The position numbers were made by a program, and so were the translations under genes. This document shows, piece by piece, positions 46,987 through 54,822 of a stretch of DNA of 57,774 nt. Source of the DNA: Sphingobacterium thalpophilum (GTDB lineage: Bacteria > Bacteroidota > Bacteroidia > B-17B0 > Aurantibacillaceae). The stretch is taken from NCBI GenBank assembly GCA_943325195.2, contig CALPON020000001.1, forward strand, positions 1-57,774, in the 5' to 3' direction. Position 1 is the stretch's first letter, and every line of letters starts with the position of its first letter. The notes under the pieces are model-generated. The model had not been told where the DNA came from. It saw only the letters and a program-made list of their open reading frames with translations, and ran no database searches.

Positions 46987-47844
46987 TTAATGATAATGAT
47001 TAAAAATTTCCCAGCTCATATCGTAGCTTCTTTGAAGTTCTTCAGTATCTAAAGACAGCTCGATTTTGTTTTCAGCGGCAAAGAATGCAAGTGCTTCGGT
47101 AGAAATATTGCCAGTGAGGTCATCTTTCGCCATGGGACAGCCACCAAAACCATGAATAGCAGTGTCAAAGAACCGGCAGCCCGCTGCATAAGCCGCTGAA
47201 ATCTTCTGATGCGAAACTTCGCGCTGAGCATGCAGATGGGCAGATAAGTTTACCCCGTCGAGTGCAGGCACCAATTCCTTAAAAAGGTGATGGATGCTCT
47301 CCGGAGTGGAAGAACCGGTTGTATCGGCAAGTGCTAGGTCAGTGATGCCCATAGCGCGTAACTGGTGACACCAGTTGATGGCAATTTCTGGGGACCATTC
47401 ATCCCCATAAGGATTGCCAAAAGCCATTGAAACGTAGACCAGTAATTTTTTATTGTTTTTTAAGCAGAGCGCCTGAATCTCTTCAACCCGCTGCAGACTT
47501 TCCTGCACGCTGCTATTGGTATTGCGTTTCTGAAATGTTTCAGAGATCGAAAATGGAAAGCCCAGGTAAGTAATTTCCTCAAAACTGCAGGCATCCTGTG
47601 CGCCGCGCTGATTGGCGATAATGGCCAGCAGTTTGCTGTTGCTGTTGCTCAGGTCCAGTTTTGAAAGCACCTCTGCCGTATCCTGCATCTGAGGAATAGC
47701 TTTGGGTGAAACAAAACTACCAAAATCAATTTTTTCAAAGCCAACTTTTAGCAATTGATTTATATAACGGGATTTCAAGTCCGCGGGAATCAACTCATGA
47801 ATGCCTTGCATGGCGTCTCTGGGACATTCAGTAATATAAATCAT
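46987..47844 (-). CDS. Hydroxymethylglutaryl-CoA lyase
   Basis: [30 protein letters not shown] and [12 protein letters not shown] motifs. Confidence 0.92.
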   Translation of the reverse strand: MIYITECPRDAMQGIHELIPADLKSRYINQLLKVGFEKIDFGSFVSPKAIPQMQDTAEVLSKLDLSNSNSKLLAIIANQRGAQDACSFEEITYLGFPFSISETFQKRNTNSSVQESLQRVEEIQALCLKNNKKLLVYVSMAFGNPYGDEWSPEIAINWCHQLRAMGITDLALADTTGSSTPESIHHLFKELVPALDGVNLSAHLHAQREVSHQKISAAYAAGCRFFDTAIHGFGGCPMAKDDLTGNISTEALAFFAAENKIELSLDTEELQRSYDMSWEIFNHYH

Positions 47845-48860
47845 AAGTTCTTTAATAGGGCTTGGTTAATTTTTTTGATGAGCTGTGGCCCTTCATAAAT
47901 GAAGCCGGTATAAAGTTGAATCAGATCAGCGCCCGCATTGAATTTTTCCAAAGCGTCCTCTGCAGAGTGAATACCACCCACACCAATCACAGGGAACGCA
48001 TTAGCGGATTTTTGTTTGAGGTAACGAATCACCTCGGTGCTTCTTTCCCGCAAAGGCTTACCACTCAGACCGCCGGCACCTGCCTTTTCAATCATTTGGC
48101 TAGGGGTTGTTAAGTTGGCGCGACTTATGGTGGTATTGGTGGCGATGACACCAGCAATGCCAGTCTCTTTTACGATTTCGATAATATCATCCAACTGAGA
48201 ATTACTAAGATCGGGTGCGATTTTAAGTAGGATTGGTTTTGGTTTGTTTTGGTTTTTATTTTTTTCCTGTAGTTGATTCAGAAGGTTTTTAAGCGGCTCT
48301 TTTTCTTGAAGATCTCTCAGGTTAGGCGTGTTGGGTGAGGATACATTCACCACAAAGTAATCCACATACGGATAAAGCGCATCGAAGCAAATGAGGTAAT
48401 CGTCTACTGCGTTTTCGTTAGCCGTTATTTTATTTTTACCGATGTTGCCGCCAATAATGAGAAGCGGATCTTTGCGATGTTTCAGACGATGGGCTGCTGC
48501 CTGCACGCCATAATTATTAAATCCCATGCGGTTAATTAGTGCCTGATCGGCCGGCAAGCGGAAAAGACGGGGTTGCTCATTGCCGGGCTGTGGCTTAGGC
48601 GTCACGGTACCAATTTCTACAAACCCGAAACCGAGATTGCCCAATTCATTAAAGGCGATGGCATCTTTGTCCAGTCCCGCCGCTAAACCCACGGCATTAG
48701 GGAATTTCAAACCAAAGACTGTCCTTTCAAGCCTTGGGTCGCGCAGCGCTGTGAGCCCCATAAGACGCGAAATGAAGGGTAATTTTAATCCCGCAAATGT
48801 TAAATTATGGGCGGTTTCAGGTGAAAAACGGAAAAGAATCTGACGAAGAAGCGTATACAT
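47841..48860 (-). CDS. pyrD: Quinone-dependent dihydroorotate dehydrogenase
   Basis: [39 protein letters not shown] and GGLSG motifs. Confidence 0.96.
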   Translation of the reverse strand: MYTLLRQILFRFSPETAHNLTFAGLKLPFISRLMGLTALRDPRLERTVFGLKFPNAVGLAAGLDKDAIAFNELGNLGFGFVEIGTVTPKPQPGNEQPRLFRLPADQALINRMGFNNYGVQAAAHRLKHRKDPLLIIGGNIGKNKITANENAVDDYLICFDALYPYVDYFVVNVSSPNTPNLRDLQEKEPLKNLLNQLQEKNKNQNKPKPILLKIAPDLSNSQLDDIIEIVKETGIAGVIATNTTISRANLTTPSQMIEKAGAGGLSGKPLRERSTEVIRYLKQKSANAFPVIGVGGIHSAEDALEKFNAGADLIQLYTGFIYEGPQLIKKINQALLKNL

Positions 48861-48961
48861 AGAATGCCTGTATAAATGGAATTGTTAATTACTTGCACTA
48901 CCTTGTTAAAAAAATAGAGTATAAAATTAGCTTTTTTTGTGCTGTCATATGAGAAAAAATG

Positions 48962-48969
48962 TACTTTTG
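48962..48969 (+). promoter_or_regulatory. -7 promoter box TACTTTTG
   Basis: Exact match followed by an A-rich leader ending at ATG 49001. Confidence 0.65.
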
Positions 48970-49000
48970 TTCCCATATAAAAAATCAAACTCTAGAAAAA

Positions 49001-49267
49001 ATGAAAAAAGTATTATCGATTGTTGCAATTGTTGCTACATCTGCTGTATTTGTTGCTTGTGGTCCTTCTAAAGAAGAAATGGAAAAACGCGAGCAAGCTA
49101 AGCAAGATTCAATCGCTTCTGTTGAAAAAGCTAAACAAGATTCAATTGCTGCTGCTGCTGCAGAAGCTGAGAAGATGGCTGCAGAAGCAAACGCTACTAG
49201 AATCGCTGATTCTACTCGTGTTGCTGATTCACTTGCTGCTACCAAAAAAGGTGGTAAAAAACACTAA
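49001..49267 (+). CDS. Small Ala-rich lipoprotein with repeated DS motifs
   Basis: MKKVLSIVAIVATSAVFVA-C lipobox, helical AKQDSIA repeats, skewed GCT/AAA codon use, and its own promoter and terminator. Confidence 0.88.
   Translation: MKKVLSIVAIVATSAVFVACGPSKEEMEKREQAKQDSIASVEKAKQDSIAAAAAEAEKMAAEANATRIADSTRVADSLAATKKGGKKH
49095..49154 (+). repeat. 33-bp-period direct repeat encoding AKQDSIA twice
   Basis: AAGCTAAGCAAGATTCAATCGCTTCTG versus AAGCTAAACAAGATTCAATTGCTGCTG. Confidence 0.75.
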
Positions 49268-49286
49268 TCAGTTTTATTACTGAAGT

Positions 49287-49318
49287 AAAAGCTGTTCTAT
49301 CGGAACAGCTTTTTTTTT
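49287..49318 (+). terminator. Rho-independent terminator, probably bidirectional
   Basis: AAAAGCTGTTC-tatcg-GAACAGCTTTTTTTTT between convergent genes. Confidence 0.88.
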
Positions 49319-49323
49319 GCCCT

Positions 49324-50787
49324 TTATTTTAATTCCTCTAGAAAAATATGCAGTAAATGTGTAGCGCGCGCGTCTCCTTCACAGTATTGTTGTAGGCGTG
49401 CCCTTGTTATTTCGCGATGAATAAGATTTTCCTCTTTCAGAAACCCCGCATATTCATCCATTGCTGCCAAACCACTGGCAATTCCCTCATAATTAAATTC
49501 CGGCACAAGCACTGAGATCAAAGTTTTTAAACTAAAACTTCCCCCAAAATCGGGATGGTAATAGTGTAGTTTTTTAAAGACCTCCGAAATATCCACCAAC
49601 TTCGCTTTGAGCTGGTCAAGTTCGTTTTTTAAATCGGGAAACCGCTGGGCTAGCGACTGCAGGATGAGGCCCTCGAGATTTTTATCATATACAACAATAC
49701 TTGCAGAAGTTGCTGTATAGGCGATAACAGCTAATGCAAAATGCCGGAGATCAGAAGGACTGATCTTCTCCACAAAAATGGAATGGCTAACATTGCCGGA
49801 ACTAAAACTGGCCAGAAACGGAATTTGAAAAAATGGTCCTGTGTCTTGTAAACAGGGGACGGCAGGACTAAAGACTTCCATATCCATCACGAGATAAGGC
49901 TGCTCAATCCCATTCAGGAAAGAACGAATTGCTCCGCGGTCGATTACCGGCGCATTGGTCTGCAAAGCTTCGCGGACCTTCTGTAGGACGGCGCGCTCCA
50001 AATGCTCCTCTCGCAAATCACTTATTTTTTTTATACCTTGTTGATACCAGTCCCATACCTGATTCTTGTTCACCATCGGAAACTCAAAAATACTGTCAGC
50101 TGATTTTTCATTTTGCCAGCAGTGACCCAGAAAATCACAAGGGTAGGGCTTGAAGCAATGCGTGCCGGTGCCGCACTGGGGCATGGCTTCAGGATTCAAT
50201 AGAAGACGGACTTTTGCCAACTGATGCTCGAAATACGGAATGTGTTCTTCTGCCTGCTGACGTATGCTCCGCTTGCGAAACAGTTTTTTCACTTCCAGTT
50301 CGCCTTTTAAGCGGTAGTCGGGATTTAAAGTCACCAAAAAAAAGTCCTCGAGTTGCGGTAAACAATTCTTGACCACATAATATTGTAGGCAGGCATCTTT
50401 GATATAGGTATCACTGACCCGCAACGAACTTTTTACTTCAAATGCTTGGAAGCCTGTTTCGGTGCGAATCAGCAGGTCGACAATGACGAGCGTTTCTTCA
50501 AAAAGAAAACACGCTTCGTAAAGGTACCGTTCGCCCTGCGCCAGACGGCGACTGGTCTCTTCCACGCCCTCTGCACTGCTACTGGTGATTTTAGAAATAT
50601 CAGTCCCTCCCGGAAACAGAGCATGCGCGAGATGTCCGATTTCATGACCCCTTTTAAAAGTCAATTGTTTATCAGTACTTATTTTATCACGCAGATATGG
50701 AAAATGACGGTACAAAAAAAATGCTTTTGGGCATTGTTCATACTTCAGGAAAGAAGACTTACTTATGGAGTGTTTTGGAGCGGACAC
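49324..50787 (-). CDS. DUF2779-like protein with PD-(D/E)XK nuclease and RNase H-like domains
   Basis: SKS..L.YEQCPK, G.EIG, VDLL, FEVKSS, QYYV, C..PYPCDF..HC, DME, PFFQIPF, SFSLK and YCEGD motifs. Confidence 0.78.
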   Translation of the reverse strand: MSAPKHSISKSSFLKYEQCPKAFFLYRHFPYLRDKISTDKQLTFKRGHEIGHLAHALFPGGTDISKITSSSAEGVEETSRRLAQGERYLYEACFLFEETLVIVDLLIRTETGFQAFEVKSSLRVSDTYIKDACLQYYVVKNCLPQLEDFFLVTLNPDYRLKGELEVKKLFRKRSIRQQAEEHIPYFEHQLAKVRLLLNPEAMPQCGTGTHCFKPYPCDFLGHCWQNEKSADSIFEFPMVNKNQVWDWYQQGIKKISDLREEHLERAVLQKVREALQTNAPVIDRGAIRSFLNGIEQPYLVMDMEVFSPAVPCLQDTGPFFQIPFLASFSSGNVSHSIFVEKISPSDLRHFALAVIAYTATSASIVVYDKNLEGLILQSLAQRFPDLKNELDQLKAKLVDISEVFKKLHYYHPDFGGSFSLKTLISVLVPEFNYEGIASGLAAMDEYAGFLKEENLIHREITRARLQQYCEGDARATHLLHIFLEELK

Positions 50788-50924
50788 GGGAGTGTAAAGT
50801 TAAATCCTTTTTTTTAGGACCCGTCCAAAAAAGTGAGGAAAATTCTCAAAAAGGCAAGAAGCTGCTTTTTCGAGGTGTTAAAATCCTTAAACTATATGTA
50901 CCTTAGTTGTCTAATTTTTTTTCT

Positions 50925-52619
50925 ATGTCAGCAACGCCAGAAGGCCGTCAGATCATCTTCAGTATGGTCAATGTATCGAAGATACACCCTCCTCAAAAAC
51001 AGGTATTAAAAGATATTTATATTTCGTTCTATTACGGCGCAAAGATTGGTGTTCTTGGCCTTAACGGTTCCGGTAAATCCACCTTGCTCCGCATTATGGC
51101 GGGACAGGATAAGGACTACATTGGCGAAATTCATCAGTCGCCGGGTTACAGCATTGGCATGCTGGAGCAAGAACCAAAGCTAGATGAAAGCAAGACGGTT
51201 ATTGAAATTGTGCGTGAAGGCGTGCAGAAATACGTCGATATTCTGAATGAATACGAAGAAGTGAACAATAAATTCGGTGATGAAGAAATTCTCAATGATC
51301 CGGATAAAATGGATAAACTCATCAATCGGCAGGCGCTGCTGCAGGAACAAATTGATCAGCATGATCTCTGGAACCTTGATAGCCGTCTTGAACGCTCAAT
51401 GGATGCGCTGCGCTGTCCAGAACCCGATGCTTCGATCAAAGTTCTTTCCGGTGGTGAACGCCGTCGGGTTGCCCTCTGTCGACTATTATTGCAGGAGCCC
51501 GATATCTTGTTATTAGATGAGCCAACAAATCACCTCGATGCAGAAAGCGTGGACTGGTTGGAACAACATTTGCAGCAATACAAGGGAACCATTATTGCGG
51601 TAACTCACGATCGTTATTTTCTTGATAACGTAGCGGGATGGATTCTTGAACTCGACAGAGGAGAAGGTATTCCATGGAAAGGTAATTACAGCAGTTGGCT
51701 CGAGCAAAAGGGAGCGCGTTTGAAACAAGAAGAAAAAACAGAAAGCAAACGCCAGAAGACCCTCGCTCGTGAGTTGGATTGGATCAGACAAGGAGTCAAA
51801 GGACGCGGCGTGAAACAAAAAGCCCGTTTGAATAACTATGATAAAATGATGAATGAGGATGTCAAGACTAAAGAAGAAAACTTGGAAATTTTTATTCCAA
51901 ATGGACCTCGTCTTGGTAATGAAGTGATTGAAGCCCATGGTGTTTCCAAAGCCTTCGGTGATCGTTTGCTTTATGAAAACCTGAGTTTCAAATTACCACC
52001 TGCTGGCATTGTGGGCATCATCGGACCAAATGGTGCGGGTAAAACTACCCTTTTCCGCATGATTATGGGTGAAGAACAGCCTACTAGCGGCGAATTTAAA
52101 GTGGGACCAACCGTGAAAATCTCCTATGTTGACCAAAATCATAAAGAACTGGAAGCGAATAAAACGGTGTACGATGTCATCAGCGGAGGACTCGATAATA
52201 TCAATTTGGGTGGACGTGCGCTGAACTCCAGAGCGTATATCAGCCGGTTTAATTTTAACGGGAGTGATCAGGGAAAAAAGGTGAGTGTTCTCTCCGGCGG
52301 AGAACGCAACCGATTGCACCTAGCCATGGCATTAAAGGAAGAAGGTAACGTTTTACTCCTCGATGAGCCAACCAATGACCTAGATGTAAACACCCTGCGT
52401 GCTTTAGAAGAGGGACTTGAAAACTTTGCTGGTTGCGCCGTCGTCATTAGTCACGATCGCTGGTTTTTAGATCGGATTTGCACTCATATTCTTGCATTTG
52501 AAGGAGATAGTTCGGTCTATTGGTTTGAAGGTGGCTATAGCGAGTATGAAGAAAATCGCAAAAAACGATTGGGCACCACGGAACCTAAACGCCCGCGCTA
52601 CAAAAAACTCGCGGTGTAA
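50925..52619 (+). CDS. ettA: Energy-dependent translational throttle protein EttA (ABC-F)
   Basis: FYYGAKIGVLGLNGSGKST, two ABC domains (LSGGERRR and LSGGERNR), EGIPWKGNYSSWLEQK and no TM. Start taken as ATG 50925. Confidence 0.93.
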   Translation: MSATPEGRQIIFSMVNVSKIHPPQKQVLKDIYISFYYGAKIGVLGLNGSGKSTLLRIMAGQDKDYIGEIHQSPGYSIGMLEQEPKLDESKTVIEIVREGVQKYVDILNEYEEVNNKFGDEEILNDPDKMDKLINRQALLQEQIDQHDLWNLDSRLERSMDALRCPEPDASIKVLSGGERRRVALCRLLLQEPDILLLDEPTNHLDAESVDWLEQHLQQYKGTIIAVTHDRYFLDNVAGWILELDRGEGIPWKGNYSSWLEQKGARLKQEEKTESKRQKTLARELDWIRQGVKGRGVKQKARLNNYDKMMNEDVKTKEENLEIFIPNGPRLGNEVIEAHGVSKAFGDRLLYENLSFKLPPAGIVGIIGPNGAGKTTLFRMIMGEEQPTSGEFKVGPTVKISYVDQNHKELEANKTVYDVISGGLDNINLGGRALNSRAYISRFNFNGSDQGKKVSVLSGGERNRLHLAMALKEEGNVLLLDEPTNDLDVNTLRALEEGLENFAGCAVVISHDRWFLDRICTHILAFEGDSSVYWFEGGYSEYEENRKKRLGTTEPKRPRYKKLAV

Positions 52620-52672
52620 ATCACTAGCATTTTCTTAATTATTATTTATATTAGCATTAAAATAACCCGTCT

Positions 52673-53575
52673 ATGATTCATTTTAATTGTACAAAAATTC
52701 TTATTCCTGTCGATTTCAGCGATACCTCTATGCTGGCAATTAAACATGGTAGAGCGCTCGCCCAAAAAACAAACGCTGGAATTTACCTCCTGCATGTGGT
52801 CAACGTTCAGTTTGTTTCACAAAATATGTTTCTGCCTTCCGTCTCTTTAGATCAAAGTCTGATTGAGAAAAAAGCAAACGACCGCTTGACAGAATTGGCA
52901 AATGAAATTGCGAAAGAATATGATATCCTAGTGCAAACCATCATAAAAACCGGGTCTCCCAGTACAGAAGTCAGCAAGGTGGCTAAGGAAATTGGCGCCT
53001 CAGTGATTGTTATGGGAACGCACGGATACTCACCTCTTGAAGAATTGGTGATAGGGAGCACAGCCCTAAAAGTTATTACGAAAGCACATTGTCCAACCAT
53101 GGCTATGAGCTCGGATGCTACACAGATTGGCTATAAAACTGTTGTATTGCCAATTGATAACACCGTCAACTCACGCCAAAAAGTACATTTTACGCTTGAA
53201 TTTGCGAAACGCTTTGATGCGACCGTCTACGTAGTTGGCCTTCTTAGCAATGATGAAGCAGATGAAAAGCCAGCCATGGAATTGATTCTTCATCAAATTA
53301 AAGTCCTTGCAAAAGAAAAAAATGTAAAAATCGAATCTGAAATCCTCAGCAACGTTTCTAACCGTGCGAATGCAACCGTGAAGTTTGTTGAAAAAGTGGG
53401 TGGTGATGTAATTGTGATCATGACGGATCAGGATGCAGAGCTAAGCGGTTTCTTCCTCGGTCCCTACAGTCAGCAGGTCATTCACTTGAGCAAGGTGCCG
53501 GTGATTGCCATAAAGCCATTGGATTTGTTTGTGGATGAAGGTGGTTTTCCTTCCACCAAGACGAGTGGATTCTAA
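52673..53575 (+). CDS. Tandem universal stress protein
   Basis: KILIPVDFSDTS, LLHV, IVMGTHG...IGSTA, and a second USP domain ending VPVIAI. Confidence 0.92.
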   Translation: MIHFNCTKILIPVDFSDTSMLAIKHGRALAQKTNAGIYLLHVVNVQFVSQNMFLPSVSLDQSLIEKKANDRLTELANEIAKEYDILVQTIIKTGSPSTEVSKVAKEIGASVIVMGTHGYSPLEELVIGSTALKVITKAHCPTMAMSSDATQIGYKTVVLPIDNTVNSRQKVHFTLEFAKRFDATVYVVGLLSNDEADEKPAMELILHQIKVLAKEKNVKIESEILSNVSNRANATVKFVEKVGGDVIVIMTDQDAELSGFFLGPYSQQVIHLSKVPVIAIKPLDLFVDEGGFPSTKTSGF

Positions 53576-53582
53576 AACTTTC

Positions 53583-53609
53583 AAAGCCCGGAACACCGGG
53601 CTTTTTTTT
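53583..53609 (+). terminator. Rho-independent terminator
   Basis: AAAGCCCGG-aaca-CCGGGCTTTTTTTT. Confidence 0.88.
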
Positions 53610-53719
53610 GGTGCTTGAAAAACGAGGAATGGCCGAACAATTCACAAATTGTTAAAAATATCGCGCAAAGATGCCAGTCAATACCGCTACGAGTTCTAAC
53701 TTTACCAAGATTTTCTATT

Positions 53720-54676
53720 ATGAGCAATACGACAGAACACTTGACCTGCCTGATCATTGGATCGGGACCTGCAGGCTATACCGCTGCTATCTATGCAGCA
53801 CGGGCAGACATGAAACCGGTAATGTATACAGGATTAACGCCAGGGGGGCAATTAACGGAAACCACTGAGGTAGATAACTTTCCAGGTTATCCAAATGGTG
53901 TAACAGGTCCCGTTTTAATGGACGACCTGAAAGCACAATCGGAGCGATTTGGAACTCAGGTGCGTTTTGGTCTGGTGACCAAGGCGGACCTAAGTGCAAA
54001 GCCCAAACGTTTTTGGATTGATGAAACAACCGAAATTACAGCTGATACGGTCATCATTAGCACCGGAGCAAGTGCAAAATGGCTAGGTCTTGAAAATGAA
54101 ACTAGATTACGCATGAATGCCGGTGGTGTGAGTGCTTGCGCAGTCTGCGATGGTTTCTTTTTTAAAAATCAAGAGGTTGCCATTGTTGGTGCTGGTGATA
54201 CGGCAGCTGAAGAAGCAACCTATCTGGCAAAATTATGTAAAAAAGTATACATGATTGTGCGTCGTGGTGAAGGCGAAATGCGCGCCAGCAAAGCAATGCA
54301 ACATCGTGTTATGAATACTCCCAACATTGAAATTCTGTGGAACAGCGAAACAGCTGATATTCTTGGGAAAGAGACAGTGGAAGGCGTTATTGTAAAAAAC
54401 AATGCCACCGGCGAACTTAAAACAATTGCTGTCACTGGATTTTTCGTAGCCATTGGCCACAAACCGAATACCGATATTTTTAACGGACAACTGGAGATGG
54501 ATGAGCTGGGCTATCTGCAGGTGATTCCCGGAAGCAGTAAAACCAAGGTATCCGGCGTTTTTGCTGTTGGTGATTGCGCCGATAAAACTTACCGCCAAGC
54601 AGTCACTGCGGCCGGAAGCGGTTGCATGGGCGCTCTGGATGCTGAACGGTATCTTGCAGCAACAGAACAACACTAA
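53720..54676 (+). CDS. trxB: Thioredoxin-disulfide reductase
   Basis: IIGSGPAGYTAA, GGQL, SACAVCDG (CxxC), VGAGDTAAEEA, AIGHKPN and YRQAVTAAGSG motifs. Start taken as ATG 53720. Confidence 0.96.
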   Translation: MSNTTEHLTCLIIGSGPAGYTAAIYAARADMKPVMYTGLTPGGQLTETTEVDNFPGYPNGVTGPVLMDDLKAQSERFGTQVRFGLVTKADLSAKPKRFWIDETTEITADTVIISTGASAKWLGLENETRLRMNAGGVSACAVCDGFFFKNQEVAIVGAGDTAAEEATYLAKLCKKVYMIVRRGEGEMRASKAMQHRVMNTPNIEILWNSETADILGKETVEGVIVKNNATGELKTIAVTGFFVAIGHKPNTDIFNGQLEMDELGYLQVIPGSSKTKVSGVFAVGDCADKTYRQAVTAAGSGCMGALDAERYLAATEQH

Positions 54677-54679
54677 TTG

Positions 54680-54711
54680 AAAAAAGGGAGGACATGTTTC
54701 TCCCTTTTTTT
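54680..54711 (+). terminator. Rho-independent terminator
   Basis: AAAAAAGGGAG-gacatgttt-CTCCCTTTTTT, 3 bp after the trxB stop. Confidence 0.82.
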
Positions 54712-54822
54712 GATAGGTCCTATTGTCCCTGCGCGCCTCACTTCCAGGGAGCTACCAAAAAAAACTAAAAGCGTCCATTTCGCTTCTTTTTTTATTATTT
54801 TTAAAGGAATAATCTAGTCTGT

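Noticed and set aside
49324-50787. Calling the Cas4-like protein part of a CRISPR system
   Set aside because: No repeat-spacer array or cas1/cas2 is visible in the window.
17032-52619. arfB, Smr and ettA as a translation-rescue cluster
   Set aside because: They are 10-25 kb apart with unrelated genes between, so there is no evidence of a shared locus.
54726-54750. Small hairpin TCCCTG...CAGGGA after the trxB terminator
   Set aside because: Only a 6-bp stem with a long loop and no second copy seen, which is too little to call a REP or regulatory RNA.
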